Of a DNA stretch of 64,000 bases, positions 19,863-31,824 are shown one piece after another; the first letter of the stretch is position 1; every line of letters starts with the position of its first letter. The stretch is taken from contig CANJRG010000016.1 in the NCBI GenBank assembly GCA_947476745.1, forward strand, positions 15,457-79,456, written 5' to 3'. The stretch is from Acidimicrobiia bacterium (GTDB lineage Bacteria > Actinomycetota > Acidimicrobiia > Acidimicrobiales > CAIXPF01). The translations under genes and the position numbers were made by a program. The notes beneath the pieces are model-generated. The model saw only the letters and a list, made by a program, of their open reading frames with translations. It searched no databases and was not told where the DNA came from.

Positions 19863-19963
19863 GCGTGGCCGGGCGGGCGCAGCATCGGTCCGGGGCGACG
19901 ACCACCGGACGGAGCCGGCTGCTTCGGACCTCACAAAACGCACCTGGCCGGCGTTGACCCGTC

Positions 19964-20470
19964 GTGGCGAACCCCCCGTTCGAGACCGTGGTCGAGACCC
20001 ATGGCGCGCTGGTCTGGAGGGTGTGCCGCGCCCTGCTCGGCGAGGCCGACGCCGACGACGCCTGGTCCGAGACGTTCCTGGCCGCGCTCCGGGCCTACCC
20101 GGGCCTCGCCGCGGACAGCAACGTGTCCGCCTGGCTGGTCACCATCGCCCACCGCAAGGCGCTCGACAGCATTCGGGCCACGGGCCGGCGGGCCGTGCCC
20201 ATCGCGCAGCTGCCGGCCGCCGCCGCCACACCGACCGGCTCAGCGGCCGAGCACCATGACCTGTGGCAGGCCGTCGCTGCGCTGCCGTTCAAGCAGCGCA
20301 GCGCGCTGGTCCATCGCCACCTAGTCGGGCTCTCCTACGAGGAGATCGCCGACCTGCTCGACAGCAGCCCGGCGGCGGCACGACGCAGCGTCTCCGACGC
20401 GCTGGCCAGCCTCCGTCGCGACCATCACCTCCGGCCCGAGCCGCCAAGCCCCACCGAAGGACGATCATGA
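19964..20470 (+). CDS. ECF-type sigma-70 family RNA polymerase sigma factor
   Basis: A sigma-2 region (DADDAWSETFLAALRAY...WLVTIAHRKALD) and a sigma-4 HTH (LPFKQRSALVHRHLVGLSYEEIADLL). GTG start. Confidence 0.85.
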   Translation: MANPPFETVVETHGALVWRVCRALLGEADADDAWSETFLAALRAYPGLAADSNVSAWLVTIAHRKALDSIRATGRRAVPIAQLPAAAATPTGSAAEHHDLWQAVAALPFKQRSALVHRHLVGLSYEEIADLLDSSPAAARRSVSDALASLRRDHHLRPEPPSPTEGRS

Positions 20471-21195
20471 GCCGATCTGCACGTGAGCCGAAACCCGTAG
20501 GTCCGGTGGGCCAGGTACCGGGGCCTCCAGCCCGGCCCGCGGCCGAACACCGCGCCGGCCAGCACGATGCCGGCGAACACGATGCCGACGACCTGTTCTT
20601 TGCGCAGCTGCAGGCGGCCTGCCCGAGCTACGACCGGGTCACCGCGCAGCGGCTGCACCGACGCCTCGAGACGGACGCCGAGCGGGAGGGGCTGATCGAG
20701 GTGGCGTACCGCCGGATCGACAGCGCGGTCGGACCCCTGCTGCTCGCAGCGACCACCGTCGGGGTGGTTCGGGTGGCCTTCGCCGTGGAGGACCACGATC
20801 GGGTCCTGGCCGAGCTCGCCGTGCGGATCGGTCCGCGCATCATCGAGGCCCCGGCGCGGCTCGACGAACTGTCTCGACAGCTCGACGCCTATTTCGACAG
20901 GCGTATCGACCGATTCGAGCTGACCGTCGATTTCCGCCTGGCCGGAGGGTTCCGCCGCGAGGTTCTGCAGTTCCTGGCCACCACCGCATACGGCTGCACC
21001 TACAGCTACGCCGAGATCGCCGATGCGGTTGGCCGACCGCGGGCGGCGCGGGCCGTCGGAACGGCCTGTGCCCGCAACCCCGTCCCGCTGGTAGTGCCCT
21101 GCCATCGCGTCGTCCGCAGCGACGGCAGCCCCGGTGGCTATCTCGGCGGCGCGATCGCGAAGGCGCTGCTGCTGGGCCTCGAGGCCCGGCGCTGA
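20467..21195 (+). CDS. ogt: methylated-DNA--protein-cysteine methyltransferase with about 70-aa N-terminal extension
   Basis: PCHRVV active site plus YSYAEIA...AVGTACARNP helix-turn-wing. ATG 20467 overlaps the sigma factor stop (ATGA). Confidence 0.85.
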   Translation: MSRSAREPKPVGPVGQVPGPPARPAAEHRAGQHDAGEHDADDLFFAQLQAACPSYDRVTAQRLHRRLETDAEREGLIEVAYRRIDSAVGPLLLAATTVGVVRVAFAVEDHDRVLAELAVRIGPRIIEAPARLDELSRQLDAYFDRRIDRFELTVDFRLAGGFRREVLQFLATTAYGCTYSYAEIADAVGRPRAARAVGTACARNPVPLVVPCHRVVRSDGSPGGYLGGAIAKALLLGLEARR

Positions 21196-21270
21196 TCACC
21201 GACGGTCACGCCCTGCCCTGGTCACCGATGGACGGGCCGGCAGCGACGCTGTCGGCCGCGCCGGGATCGC

Positions 21271-21675
21271 TCAATCCTCGTTGCGGGCGACGAGCACGTC
21301 ACGGGCGGACACGATGCCCACCAGACGCTTCGGGCTGCCGACCAGCACGTGACGGACCTGGCGGTCGGCCATCAACGCGCTCACCGCGCCCATGGTGGTC
21401 GACGGGTCGCAGTACAGCAGGGCCGCCCGTGCCACCTCTGCGGCACGCACGGTGTCGAGGTCGGCACCGAGACCGATGGCCCGCACCACGTCCCGTTCGG
21501 AGATGACGCCCTCGACGGCGTCGGTCGAGCCCACCACCAACGCACCGACCTCGACCGCCATCAGCTTGCGGCAGACCTCGCGTAGCGTCGCGCCGGGCGA
21601 GACGCTCGCCACCACGCCGGCCAGGTAGCGCTGCACCGGTGCCGGGCTGCCCTTCACCATCCGGACTTCGTCCAT
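21271..21675 (-). CDS. CBS-pair domain protein
   Basis: Two CBS motifs (VGALVV...GVISERDVVRA and VRHVLVG...VGIVSARDVLVA). ATG 21675 is preceded by GAAGGA. Confidence 0.8.
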   Translation of the reverse strand: MDEVRMVKGSPAPVQRYLAGVVASVSPGATLREVCRKLMAVEVGALVVGSTDAVEGVISERDVVRAIGLGADLDTVRAAEVARAALLYCDPSTTMGAVSALMADRQVRHVLVGSPKRLVGIVSARDVLVARNED

Positions 21676-21768
21676 GGTTGCCGTCCTTCGTGTCGTTGTC
21701 CTCCGAGCCAACCACTTGGGACCCGCCCGCCACCACCGGCGTTCGTCTCCTCCTGCGAGGCCGAACGG

Positions 21769-21813
21769 CCAAACCGCAAACAACAGAACAACAGGACAAC
21801 AGAACAACAGAAC
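21769..21813 (+). repeat. T-free CA-rich low-complexity tract with a 15-nt direct repeat
   Basis: ACAACAGAACAACAG occurs at 21780-21794 and 21796-21810. There is no T in 45 nt, and the tract lies 25 nt upstream of the threonine aldolase ATG. Confidence 0.85.
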
Positions 21814-21837
21814 TGGTCCAGCCGCTAGAAACAGGCC

Positions 21838-22881
21838 ATGGCCTCTCGCATCGAGCTCCGTAGCGACAACGCCGCCGGCGTCGCCCCCGAGATCATGGAC
21901 GCGGTCGCCGCGGCGAACACCGGCTCGGCCCTCGCCTACGGCGGTGACGGGTGGTCGGCCCGGCTGCGGGAGCGGGTGGCGGAGGCGTTCGAGTTCCCCG
22001 ACGTGGCGGTCTTCCCCGTCGTCAGTGGAACCGCCGCCAATGCCCTGGGGCTGTCGGCCCTGTGCCCGCCATGGGGCTCGGTGCTCTGCCACGAGAGCGC
22101 CCACATCCTGCGCAGCGAGTGCGGGGCCACCTCGATGCTCTCGGGCGGCGCGGTGCTGCGGGGCCTGCCCGGCGACGGCTCCCGCCTGCACCCCGACGGG
22201 CTGGCCGCGGCGTTCGCCGCCACCAACTGGGGTGACAACCACCAGTCACAGCCGGCGGCGCTCTCCCTGACCCTCCCGACCGACCTGGGTGCGCTGTACC
22301 GCCCCGACGAGGTCGCGGTGCTCGCCGCAGCGGCGCGGCACCGCGGGCTCGCGGTGCATGTCGACGGTGCCCGTCTCGCCAACGCCGTTGCGGCGCTGGG
22401 CTGCACCCCGGCCGAGCTGACCTGGCGGGCGGGGGTCGACGTGCTGTCGCTGGGGGCCACCAAGAACGGGGCGTTGAGCACCGATGCCATCGTCTGTTTC
22501 GACCGCACCGCCGCCGACCAACTGGTCTACCGAACCAAACGAGCCGGCCATGTCGCCTCCAAGATGCGCTTCCAGTCCGTGCAGCTCGACGCCTACCTTG
22601 CTGGCGGACGCTGGCTGGAGCTCGCCGCACAGGCCAACCGCACGATGGCCCGGCTGGCGACCGGCCTCGGGCACTTGGGGCTGGGCTTCGTGTGCCGGCC
22701 CGAGGTCAACATGGCCTTCGTGTACCTGGCCGACGATGCCGCTGAACGGGCCGCGGCGGCAGGGGTCGACTTCTACCGCATGGGACCTGGTCTGATCCGC
22801 CTGGTCACCAGCTTCCAGACCACCGACGTCGACATCGACGATGCGTTAGGGCGTTTCGCCGCGGCGCTCCAGGTCCGCTGA
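21838..22881 (+). CDS. ltaE: low-specificity threonine aldolase (beta-eliminating lyase family, PLP)
   Basis: RSDNAAGVAPEIMDA...SGTAANALGL...LSLGATKNG (PLP lysine). Confidence 0.8.
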   Translation: MASRIELRSDNAAGVAPEIMDAVAAANTGSALAYGGDGWSARLRERVAEAFEFPDVAVFPVVSGTAANALGLSALCPPWGSVLCHESAHILRSECGATSMLSGGAVLRGLPGDGSRLHPDGLAAAFAATNWGDNHQSQPAALSLTLPTDLGALYRPDEVAVLAAAARHRGLAVHVDGARLANAVAALGCTPAELTWRAGVDVLSLGATKNGALSTDAIVCFDRTAADQLVYRTKRAGHVASKMRFQSVQLDAYLAGGRWLELAAQANRTMARLATGLGHLGLGFVCRPEVNMAFVYLADDAAERAAAAGVDFYRMGPGLIRLVTSFQTTDVDIDDALGRFAAALQVR

Positions 22882-22942
22882 CCGACCTCCCTCGCCGACC
22901 GCCGAGAGCTGGCCGGCTGAGCGCTGGCGACCCGGCCGGCAC

Positions 22943-23521
22943 TCACCAGGGACGGTTCCAGCGGGTCCAGTCGAACGGTTCGATCCCGTCGTCGCAGACC
23001 TGGAAGATCGAGGCTGTGGCCTGGCCGTCCTCGATGTCGAGGAACCCGATGGTCCCGAACTGGTAGGCCAGGTTGTGGGGGAAGGTGGGCGAGCCCGGGT
23101 TGACGCACAGGATGCCGTTGACCTCGCGGACGTCCTCCACATGGGTGTCGCCGTGCACGATGATGTCGGGCGTCACCCCACCGAAGAACCGGTCGCACGC
23201 CCCTGCCAGGTTCACGATGTTGGGCCGCTCCGGCACCGGCACCCAGTGGGTCACACCGATGGTGAGCCCACCGATCTCGATCAGCTGATTGTCGGCGAGG
23301 CAGGGATGGTCGGGCTGGCGGGGCCTGCCACCCGACCCGTCGTCGCCGTTGCCCCGGCAGGCGTGCAGCGTGGTGATCTCGGCCAAGGTGTCCAGTACCC
23401 CGAGGTCGTAGATGTCCCCGGCGTGCAGGATGGCGTCACAGCCACGGAACGCGTCCCACACCTGCGGCCACACCTCCCGGGCCTCGGGTATGTGGGTGTC
23501 CGACAACAGACCGATACGCAT
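22943..23521 (-). CDS. YfcE/MJ0936-type metallophosphoesterase
   Basis: MRIGLLSDTHIP...ILHAGDI...VHGDTH metal-ligand motifs. Start at ATG 23521. Confidence 0.8.
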   Translation of the reverse strand: MRIGLLSDTHIPEAREVWPQVWDAFRGCDAILHAGDIYDLGVLDTLAEITTLHACRGNGDDGSGGRPRQPDHPCLADNQLIEIGGLTIGVTHWVPVPERPNIVNLAGACDRFFGGVTPDIIVHGDTHVEDVREVNGILCVNPGSPTFPHNLAYQFGTIGFLDIEDGQATASIFQVCDDGIEPFDWTRWNRPW

Positions 23522-23580
23522 AGTGGGTGCTCTCCCCGGTTCGTCCCGACGGGCCACTGTAGGCCCTTGCCTGGCCCGGC

Positions 23581-24405
23581 TCAGCCGAGGAAGCTCAGCA
23601 ACGCAGCGTTGTAGGCGTCCGGCGTCTCGAAGTACGGCGAGTGGCCGGCACCCGGCAGCTCGTCGTAGCGGGCCCCGAGCAGCTCGGCGAGCTCGCGTAG
23701 CTGCGCCGCGGGGAAGATGCTGTCCTCGTCACCCGCGATCACCTGCAACGGGATGCCCAGCGCCCGCACGGCGTCGACGGCGACCTCGGTCCCCGACACC
23801 ACGCGGCCCACCTCGGCCATGGGCGGCTCGTGGAACGAGCCGAGCTCCTGGTAGAGGAATGTGAGCGTCGGACGGGTGCGCATAGTGGTCTCGCCCAGCG
23901 CGCCATGACGGCCGAGGACCTCGGCGAAGCGGAGGCCACCAGCCTTCTGGAATGCCGCGAACTGCTCGCGCAACGCCGGCGTCCACAGGCCGCCGGGCGT
24001 GTCGGACAGGGTGAGCGAACGCACCCGGTCGGGGCGGGACAACGCAAACGCGGTGATCCACCAGCCCCCCATCGACTGGCCGACCAGGTGTACCGCCTCA
24101 TCGATGCCGACCGCGGCGAGCAGGGCCTCGAGATCATCGGCGGCGACGTCGGCCGACAGCCGGCCCGACCGGCAGGTGCTGTTGCCGAACCCGCGGCTGT
24201 CCCAGGTCAGCACCCGGAAGCGCTCGGCGAACACCGGGACCTGGTTGTACCAGACCGCGTGACTGCCCCCGGCGCCGTGGGTGAACACCACCACCGGGCG
24301 GTCGTCGCCGTCGCCACGGTGGAACCATTCGTGGAACAGCTCCTCGCCGTCACGTTCCAGGCGCCCACGTACCAGCAGTGTCGGTGGTTGTTCGACAGAT
24401 CCCAT
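23581..24405 (-). CDS. alpha/beta hydrolase
   Basis: VVFTHGAGGS and a GQSMGG nucleophile elbow, with a C-terminal GAGHSPYFE. ATG 24405 is preceded by AAGGGGG. Confidence 0.8.
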   Translation of the reverse strand: MGSVEQPPTLLVRGRLERDGEELFHEWFHRGDGDDRPVVVFTHGAGGSHAVWYNQVPVFAERFRVLTWDSRGFGNSTCRSGRLSADVAADDLEALLAAVGIDEAVHLVGQSMGGWWITAFALSRPDRVRSLTLSDTPGGLWTPALREQFAAFQKAGGLRFAEVLGRHGALGETTMRTRPTLTFLYQELGSFHEPPMAEVGRVVSGTEVAVDAVRALGIPLQVIAGDEDSIFPAAQLRELAELLGARYDELPGAGHSPYFETPDAYNAALLSFLG

Positions 24406-24607
24406 CGTGGCCCCCTTCGGTGCGCGCAGCCTAGGCGGGCCGGCCGGCGGGCGCGCCGGTGCCACCAGGCCGTGCCCGCCGGACCGCTCGGCGGGCGAGC
24501 ATCCCGACCCTGACGACCACCGGGCTGCGATGATCCCGGTCAGGTGTCCCTCCGATGGGCCTACCCCGACGGGGACACCTGGAGTAGAAACAACGGAGGC
24601 GGAATAG

Positions 24608-26920
<2,313 letters not shown>

Positions 26921-26953
26921 TCCGCCGCACCTCGACGCGTTCAGGAGTGACCG

Positions 26954-26984
26954 ACCGGCCCGGGGCAACTGGCCCCGGGCCGGT
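26954..26984. terminator. bidirectional terminator-like hairpin
   Basis: 13-bp stem ACCGGCCCGGGGC/GCCCCGGGCCGGT with a 5-nt loop, between convergent icd and the dehydrogenase gene. Confidence 0.65.
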
Positions 26985-26990
26985 GCGCGT

Positions 26991-28052
26991 TCAGCCGACC
27001 AGGGCGTCGACCACGGCCCGGCCGACCTCGACCGTGGTGGCGGTACCGCCCATGTCCGGGGTGCGCGGCCCGGAACCGGTCACGGTCTCGATCGCCCCGA
27101 GCACGGCCTGGTAGGCATCGTGGCGGCCGATGTGGTCCAACAGCATCGCTCCCGACCAGATCTGCCCGATCGGGTTGGCGACACCCATGCCGGCGATGTC
27201 GGGCGCCGACCCGTGCACCGGCTCGAACAGGCTCGGGAAGTGGCCGTCGGGGTTGATGTTGGCGCTGGGGGCCACCCCGATCGTGCCCACACAGGCCGGG
27301 CCGAGGTCGGACAGGATGTCGCCGAAGAGGTTGCTGGCGACCACCACGTCGAAACGGTCCGGGTTGCGCACGAAGTGGGCGGTGAGGATGTCGATGTGGA
27401 AACTGGTGACCGCAACGTCGGGATAGTCGGCGCTCACCGCGGCCACCCGCTCGTCCCAGTAGGGCATCGAGATGCTGATGCCGTTGGACTTGGTGGCCGA
27501 GGTCAGCTCGCCCTTGCGCTGGCGGGACAGCTCGAAGGCGTAGCGCAGCACCCGGTCGACGCCGTGGCGGGTGAACACCGACTCCTGCAGCACGATCTCC
27601 CGGTCGGTGCCGGCGAACATCCGGCCGCCGACCGAGGTGTACTCGCCCTCGGTGTTCTCCCGTACCACCACGAAGTCGATGTCGCCCGCATGGCGTCCGA
27701 CCAGCGGGCAGGGCACGCCCGGCAGCAGCCGCACCGGCCGCAGGTTGATGTACTGGTCGAAGCGACGGCGGAACTGCAGCAGGGAACCCCACAGCGAGAC
27801 GTGGTCGGCCACGATGTCGGGCCAACCGACGGCGCCGAAGAAGATGGCATCGAACCCGCCGAGCTGCTCCTCCCAGTCGTCGGGCATCATCTGGCCGTGC
27901 TGCTGGTAGTAGCGGCAGTGGGCGAAGTCGAAGTGCTCGAAAGCCAGGTCGATGCCGAAGCGGTCCGCGGCTGCCTCGAGCACCCGCAGCCCCTCAGGTA
28001 CGACTTCCTGCCCGATGCCGTCACCGGCGAGGACTGCGATCCGTGTGGTCAT
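26991..28052 (-). CDS. tartrate dehydrogenase/decarboxylase-type (isopropylmalate dehydrogenase family) enzyme
   Basis: [13 protein letters not shown]...[24 protein letters not shown]...NLFGDILSD. Start at ATG 28052; the rest of ORF 26991..29276 is antisense. Confidence 0.8.
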   Translation of the reverse strand: MTTRIAVLAGDGIGQEVVPEGLRVLEAAADRFGIDLAFEHFDFAHCRYYQQHGQMMPDDWEEQLGGFDAIFFGAVGWPDIVADHVSLWGSLLQFRRRFDQYINLRPVRLLPGVPCPLVGRHAGDIDFVVVRENTEGEYTSVGGRMFAGTDREIVLQESVFTRHGVDRVLRYAFELSRQRKGELTSATKSNGISISMPYWDERVAAVSADYPDVAVTSFHIDILTAHFVRNPDRFDVVVASNLFGDILSDLGPACVGTIGVAPSANINPDGHFPSLFEPVHGSAPDIAGMGVANPIGQIWSGAMLLDHIGRHDAYQAVLGAIETVTGSGPRTPDMGGTATTVEVGRAVVDALVG

Positions 28053-28097
28053 GGCAGGCCAAGCTAGCGGGCAGCATCGGAGGGGTAACCTCCGGAG

Positions 28098-28835
28098 GTG
28101 AACGACGTCCATCAGCTGCTGCGCTCCCACCGGTCCATCCGGGCCTTCACCGACGAACCGGTCGACGACGCCACCGTCGCCGAGATCATTCGCTGCGGTA
28201 TGGCGGCGGCCACGTCGAGCAACATCCAGGCCACCACCGTCATCCGGGTCCGCCGGACCGAGACCCGCGCCCGCATCGCGGACATCGCCGGTGGCCAGCG
28301 CCACGTCGTGGACGCCCCGGTGTTCGTGGTGTTCTGCGCCGACCTGCACCGTGCCGGCCTGGCCTGCGCCTCCCAGGGCGTGACCCCCACCCCGGGCATG
28401 ACCGAGCAGTTCATCATCGCCACCGTCGACGTGGCCCTCGCCGGGCAGAACGCCGTCATCGCCGCCGAGTCGCTCGGCCTCGGAGCCTGCTACATCGGGG
28501 CCGTGCGCAACGACCCTGCGACGGTGTCGGAGCTGCTGGAGCTCCCCGACCACGTGTACCCGGTGTTCGGACTGTGCCTGGGTCGCCCGGCGCAGAACCC
28601 GGAGGTGAAGCCGCGCCTTCCGCTCGAGGCGGTCCTGAAGGAGGAGCGCTACGCCGACACCGGTGACCTCGCCCACATCGCGGCCTACGACGACACCATC
28701 CGCACCTACTACGGCAGCCGCAGCGGCGGTACCAAAGACAGCACCTGGAGCAACGAGATGGCCGCCCTGGTGGGCACCGAACGGCGTCCCCACATGCGCT
28801 CGTTCCTGGCCGCTCGGGGCTTCGAGCTGCGCTGA
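28098..28835 (+). CDS. oxygen-insensitive NADPH nitroreductase (NfsA-like)
   Basis: HRSIRAFTDEPV...ATSSNIQATTVIRV...LGACYIGAVRN. GTG start. Confidence 0.8.
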   Translation: MNDVHQLLRSHRSIRAFTDEPVDDATVAEIIRCGMAAATSSNIQATTVIRVRRTETRARIADIAGGQRHVVDAPVFVVFCADLHRAGLACASQGVTPTPGMTEQFIIATVDVALAGQNAVIAAESLGLGACYIGAVRNDPATVSELLELPDHVYPVFGLCLGRPAQNPEVKPRLPLEAVLKEERYADTGDLAHIAAYDDTIRTYYGSRSGGTKDSTWSNEMAALVGTERRPHMRSFLAARGFELR

Positions 28836-28905
28836 ACGTGTGCAGCGCCCCGCGACCGGGCAGAATCGGCAACGACGACCCGTACCGGGGAAGGGAGTTC
28901 GCACG

Positions 28906-29802
28906 ATGAAGCTCGCGTTCGTGGGCCTGGGGAACATGGGCCAGTACATGGCCGCCAACCTGCTCAAGGCAGGCCACGAGATGACGGTCACCGACCTTCG
29001 TCCCGAGGTCGCGGCCCAACTGGTGGAGGACGGCGCCAACTGGGCGGACTCGGTCCGCTCGGCGTGCACCGGTGCCGACGCGGTGTTCATGTCGCTGCCG
29101 GCACCGCCCGACGTCGAGTTGGTGGTCACCGGGGCCGACGGGGTGCTGGCCGGCCTGTCGGCGGGTACCACCATCATCGACCTGTCGACCAACTCGCCGT
29201 CCATGGTGCGCAACCTCGGGGCGCTCGCTGCCGGGAAGGGCATCGGCTTCCTCGACGCCCCGGTCTCCGGCGGCACCCGCGGTGCCCGTGAGGCGACCCT
29301 GGCGGTGATGGTCGGTGGCGACGCCGAGCTCTACGCCCGTTTCGAGCCGGTGCTCAAGGCCATCGGCCCGAACGTGTTCCACACCGGCGACCTCGGCACC
29401 GGCAACGTGGCCAAGCTGATCAACAACCAGCTGGCCTTCATCAACATGATGGCCATGAACGAGGCGCTGATGATCGGCGCCAAGGCCGGCATGGACCTGG
29501 TGCTGCTGCGCGACATCGTGCGGGCGTCCTCGGGCGACTCCTTCGCCTGGATCGGCGGGGCCATCGCCGTGCTCAAGGACAAGCTGCCGCCGCGGTTCAC
29601 CACCACGCTGGCCTGCAAGGACATCGGCCTGGCCCAGGAGCTGGCCGACGAGACCGGCGTCGACGCCTCGCTGGGCCGTCTCACCTACGAGATGCTGCAG
29701 GGCTACCGCGACAACGGCTTCGCCGGTGAGGACATCCTCGCCACCATCAAGGCGGTCGAGGAGAAGAGCGGTCACGTCGTGCGGGGCACCTGGCACGACT
29801 GA
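28906..29802 (+). CDS. 3-hydroxyisobutyrate/2-hydroxy-3-oxopropionate reductase-family NAD(P) oxidoreductase
   Basis: FVGLGNMG Rossmann motif, DAPVSGG, and GTGNVAKLINNQL. ATG 28906 is preceded by GAAGGGAG. Confidence 0.85.
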   Translation: MKLAFVGLGNMGQYMAANLLKAGHEMTVTDLRPEVAAQLVEDGANWADSVRSACTGADAVFMSLPAPPDVELVVTGADGVLAGLSAGTTIIDLSTNSPSMVRNLGALAAGKGIGFLDAPVSGGTRGAREATLAVMVGGDAELYARFEPVLKAIGPNVFHTGDLGTGNVAKLINNQLAFINMMAMNEALMIGAKAGMDLVLLRDIVRASSGDSFAWIGGAIAVLKDKLPPRFTTTLACKDIGLAQELADETGVDASLGRLTYEMLQGYRDNGFAGEDILATIKAVEEKSGHVVRGTWHD

Positions 29803-29809
29803 GCGGTCC

Positions 29810-29867
29810 GGACGCGACAACGGGCCGTGGCCGGGGCGATCCCCTACCACGGCCCGTTGTCGCGTCC
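29810..29867. terminator. very strong bidirectional hairpin (21-bp perfect stem)
   Basis: GGACGCGACAACGGGCCGTGG ... CCACGGCCCGTTGTCGCGTCC with a 16-nt loop that itself contains GGGG-CGAT-CCCC. Confidence 0.75.
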
Positions 29868-29899
29868 GCCCTCAGGCGGCGACCGGCCTCAGGTGGCGG

Positions 29900-30289
29900 T
29901 CACTGCGGGTGGGGGTAGTTCGGCTCGTTGTCCCAGATGTGATCGCCCTTGGTGATGGCGATGTGGGTGGCGTCGTGGCCGGGCAGGGCGCCGTGGATGT
30001 GGCGGGTACCGGGCGGTACGTGGATGATGTCGCCGGGCGAGCACTCGAAGACCGGCCCGTCGTGGTTCTGGGCCATGCCCTTGCCGCTGACGAAGTACAG
30101 GACCTGGTCACCGGTGTGCAGGTGCCAGTTGGTGTGCGCCCCGTCGTGGAAGTGCACCCGGCCGTGGGCGGTCTTGGACTCCTTGTCGAAGAACACCGAC
30201 TCCATCTCGACCCGGCCGGTGAACCATTCGGCAGGTGCGGGGCGCTTCTCGCGCTCCACCCGTTCGATGGGCTTCTCGTCGCTCATCAT
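29900..30289 (-). CDS. cupin domain protein
   Basis: HFHDGAHTNWHLHTGDQVLY...PPGTRHIHGA two-motif cupin pattern. ATG 30289 is preceded by GGGGAGAG. Confidence 0.75.
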   Translation of the reverse strand: MMSDEKPIERVEREKRPAPAEWFTGRVEMESVFFDKESKTAHGRVHFHDGAHTNWHLHTGDQVLYFVSGKGMAQNHDGPVFECSPGDIIHVPPGTRHIHGALPGHDATHIAITKGDHIWDNEPNYPHPQ

Positions 30290-30422
30290 CTCTCCCCTGG
30301 TGCGGCCCCTCGGCCGCCGCATGATGGGCATGCACCCTAGCCAACCGGCCGCCGGACGTCGCCGGTGACCCCGGACGCGAACCGGCCCCGGCCCGACCGG
30401 CGAGGACGTAGGCTCCGGCCTG

Positions 30423-31352
30423 ATGTACCTCAACGAGTTCGCCCAGGGCCTGACCGCGCACGACATGGCGCCGAGCGCCGAGCTGGCCTCGCTGCTGCAG
30501 AGCGCCGCCGACCTGGGCCTCGCCCACGATCCGGCGGTCCGCTACCACTCCCGCCAGACCGTGGTCCGCGGCCAGCGCTTCCACTTCCTCGAATGGGGAC
30601 AGCCCGGACGGCCGCAGATCCTGCTGCTGCACGGCGGTAACCAGTCGGCCCACTCGTGGGACCTGGTCAGCCTGCACCTCGCGGACCGATACCACGTCTT
30701 CGCCCTTGATCAGCGGGGCCACGGCGACTCCGAGTGGAGCCGGGAGATCGACTACTCGATCGACGCCATGGTGGCGGACGCCTCGGCGTTCATCGCCGAC
30801 CAGCATCTCGACCGGCCGATCGTCTTCGGCCACTCGATGGGCGGGCGGGTCACCCTCACGCTCGCGGTGCAGCAACCGGATGTGGCCCGGGCCCTGGTCA
30901 TCGTCGACGTCGGACCGGAGATCTCCCGCGAGGGAGCCAAGACCATTCAGAACTTCGTGGTCCGCAACATCGAGTTCGACGACCTCGAGGTGTTCCTCGA
31001 CAACGTCGAGAAGTACGACCCGTTCCGCACCCGTGCCCACATGGAACGCACCATGAAGTACAACATCCTGCAGCGGGCCGACGGCACCTACATGAGCAAG
31101 GTCGACCACCGCCGCATCCCGCAACCGAACCGCGACCTCACCCTCGACCACGTGCGGACGTTGCCGTGCCCGGTGCTCGTCGTCCGTGGCGCCGAGTCGA
31201 ACATCCTCGAGGCCGACGCCGCGGTCCGCTTCGCCGATGCACTGCCACACGGCACGTTGGTCACCATCGAACGGTGCGGCCACAACGTGCACTCCGGCAA
31301 CACCGCCGGGTTCCTCGACGCCGTCACGTCGTTCCTCGACGAGCTGAGCTGA
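30423..31352 (+). CDS. alpha/beta hydrolase
   Basis: LLLHGGNQSAHSW, a GHSMGG nucleophile elbow, and a C-terminal CGHNVH. Confidence 0.8.
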   Translation: MYLNEFAQGLTAHDMAPSAELASLLQSAADLGLAHDPAVRYHSRQTVVRGQRFHFLEWGQPGRPQILLLHGGNQSAHSWDLVSLHLADRYHVFALDQRGHGDSEWSREIDYSIDAMVADASAFIADQHLDRPIVFGHSMGGRVTLTLAVQQPDVARALVIVDVGPEISREGAKTIQNFVVRNIEFDDLEVFLDNVEKYDPFRTRAHMERTMKYNILQRADGTYMSKVDHRRIPQPNRDLTLDHVRTLPCPVLVVRGAESNILEADAAVRFADALPHGTLVTIERCGHNVHSGNTAGFLDAVTSFLDELS

Positions 31353-31382
31353 ACCACGCCCGGTCGGGCCGCTGATGGGCGC

Positions 31383-31589
31383 TCAGGGCAAGCGCTGGCC
31401 CAGGTGCACGGTGTGCGCCGTCGTGGCCGGATAGAAGATGGTCGTCCGGCCGTCGTCCCACCGAACCCGGTAGTGCACGGACTCCGCACCGGCCCCGAGC
31501 ACCTCGAGGACCTCGCCCCTGCGCACCGGTTCCCCCTGGTGCTGGGCATCGACCACCACCACGTCACCGATGTTCGCGTGCAGATCCAT
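31383..31589 (-). CDS. DUF1918 domain protein
   Basis: 68 aa. IGDVVVVDAQHQGEPVRRGEVLEVLG...YRVRWDDGRTTIFYP matches the actinobacterial DUF1918 pattern. ATG is preceded by GAGGAGGG. Confidence 0.7.
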   Translation of the reverse strand: MDLHANIGDVVVVDAQHQGEPVRRGEVLEVLGAGAESVHYRVRWDDGRTTIFYPATTAHTVHLGQRLP

Positions 31590-31824
31590 GAGACCCTCCT
31601 CGGCCGTCACCGCCCTGGACCTTGCCGGGCCGGCGTCTTCAACACCGGCAGTGTCCCCCGTGACCGCCCTGACCCGGCAGAGTCGAACGTCGTCGATGCC
31701 GGGGCACTCCGGCCACCATCGGCTCAGCCGGCCGGTCATGCCGCGACAACGGCCGAGGTGTCCCGCCTCCCGTCCCCGGCCCGCCCGCCGTCCCGGACAG
31801 CCCGCCGTCCCGGTTGGGTTGTGG

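Noticed and set aside
26991-29276. Over-extended ORFs 26991..29276(-), 51058..54042(-), 11789..13924(-), 21271..22242(-), 23581..24714(-) and 31383..31955(-) taken at full length
   Set aside because: In each case family similarity and an RBS-preceded start appear only in the 3' portion. The 5' extensions run antisense through neighbouring, well supported genes.
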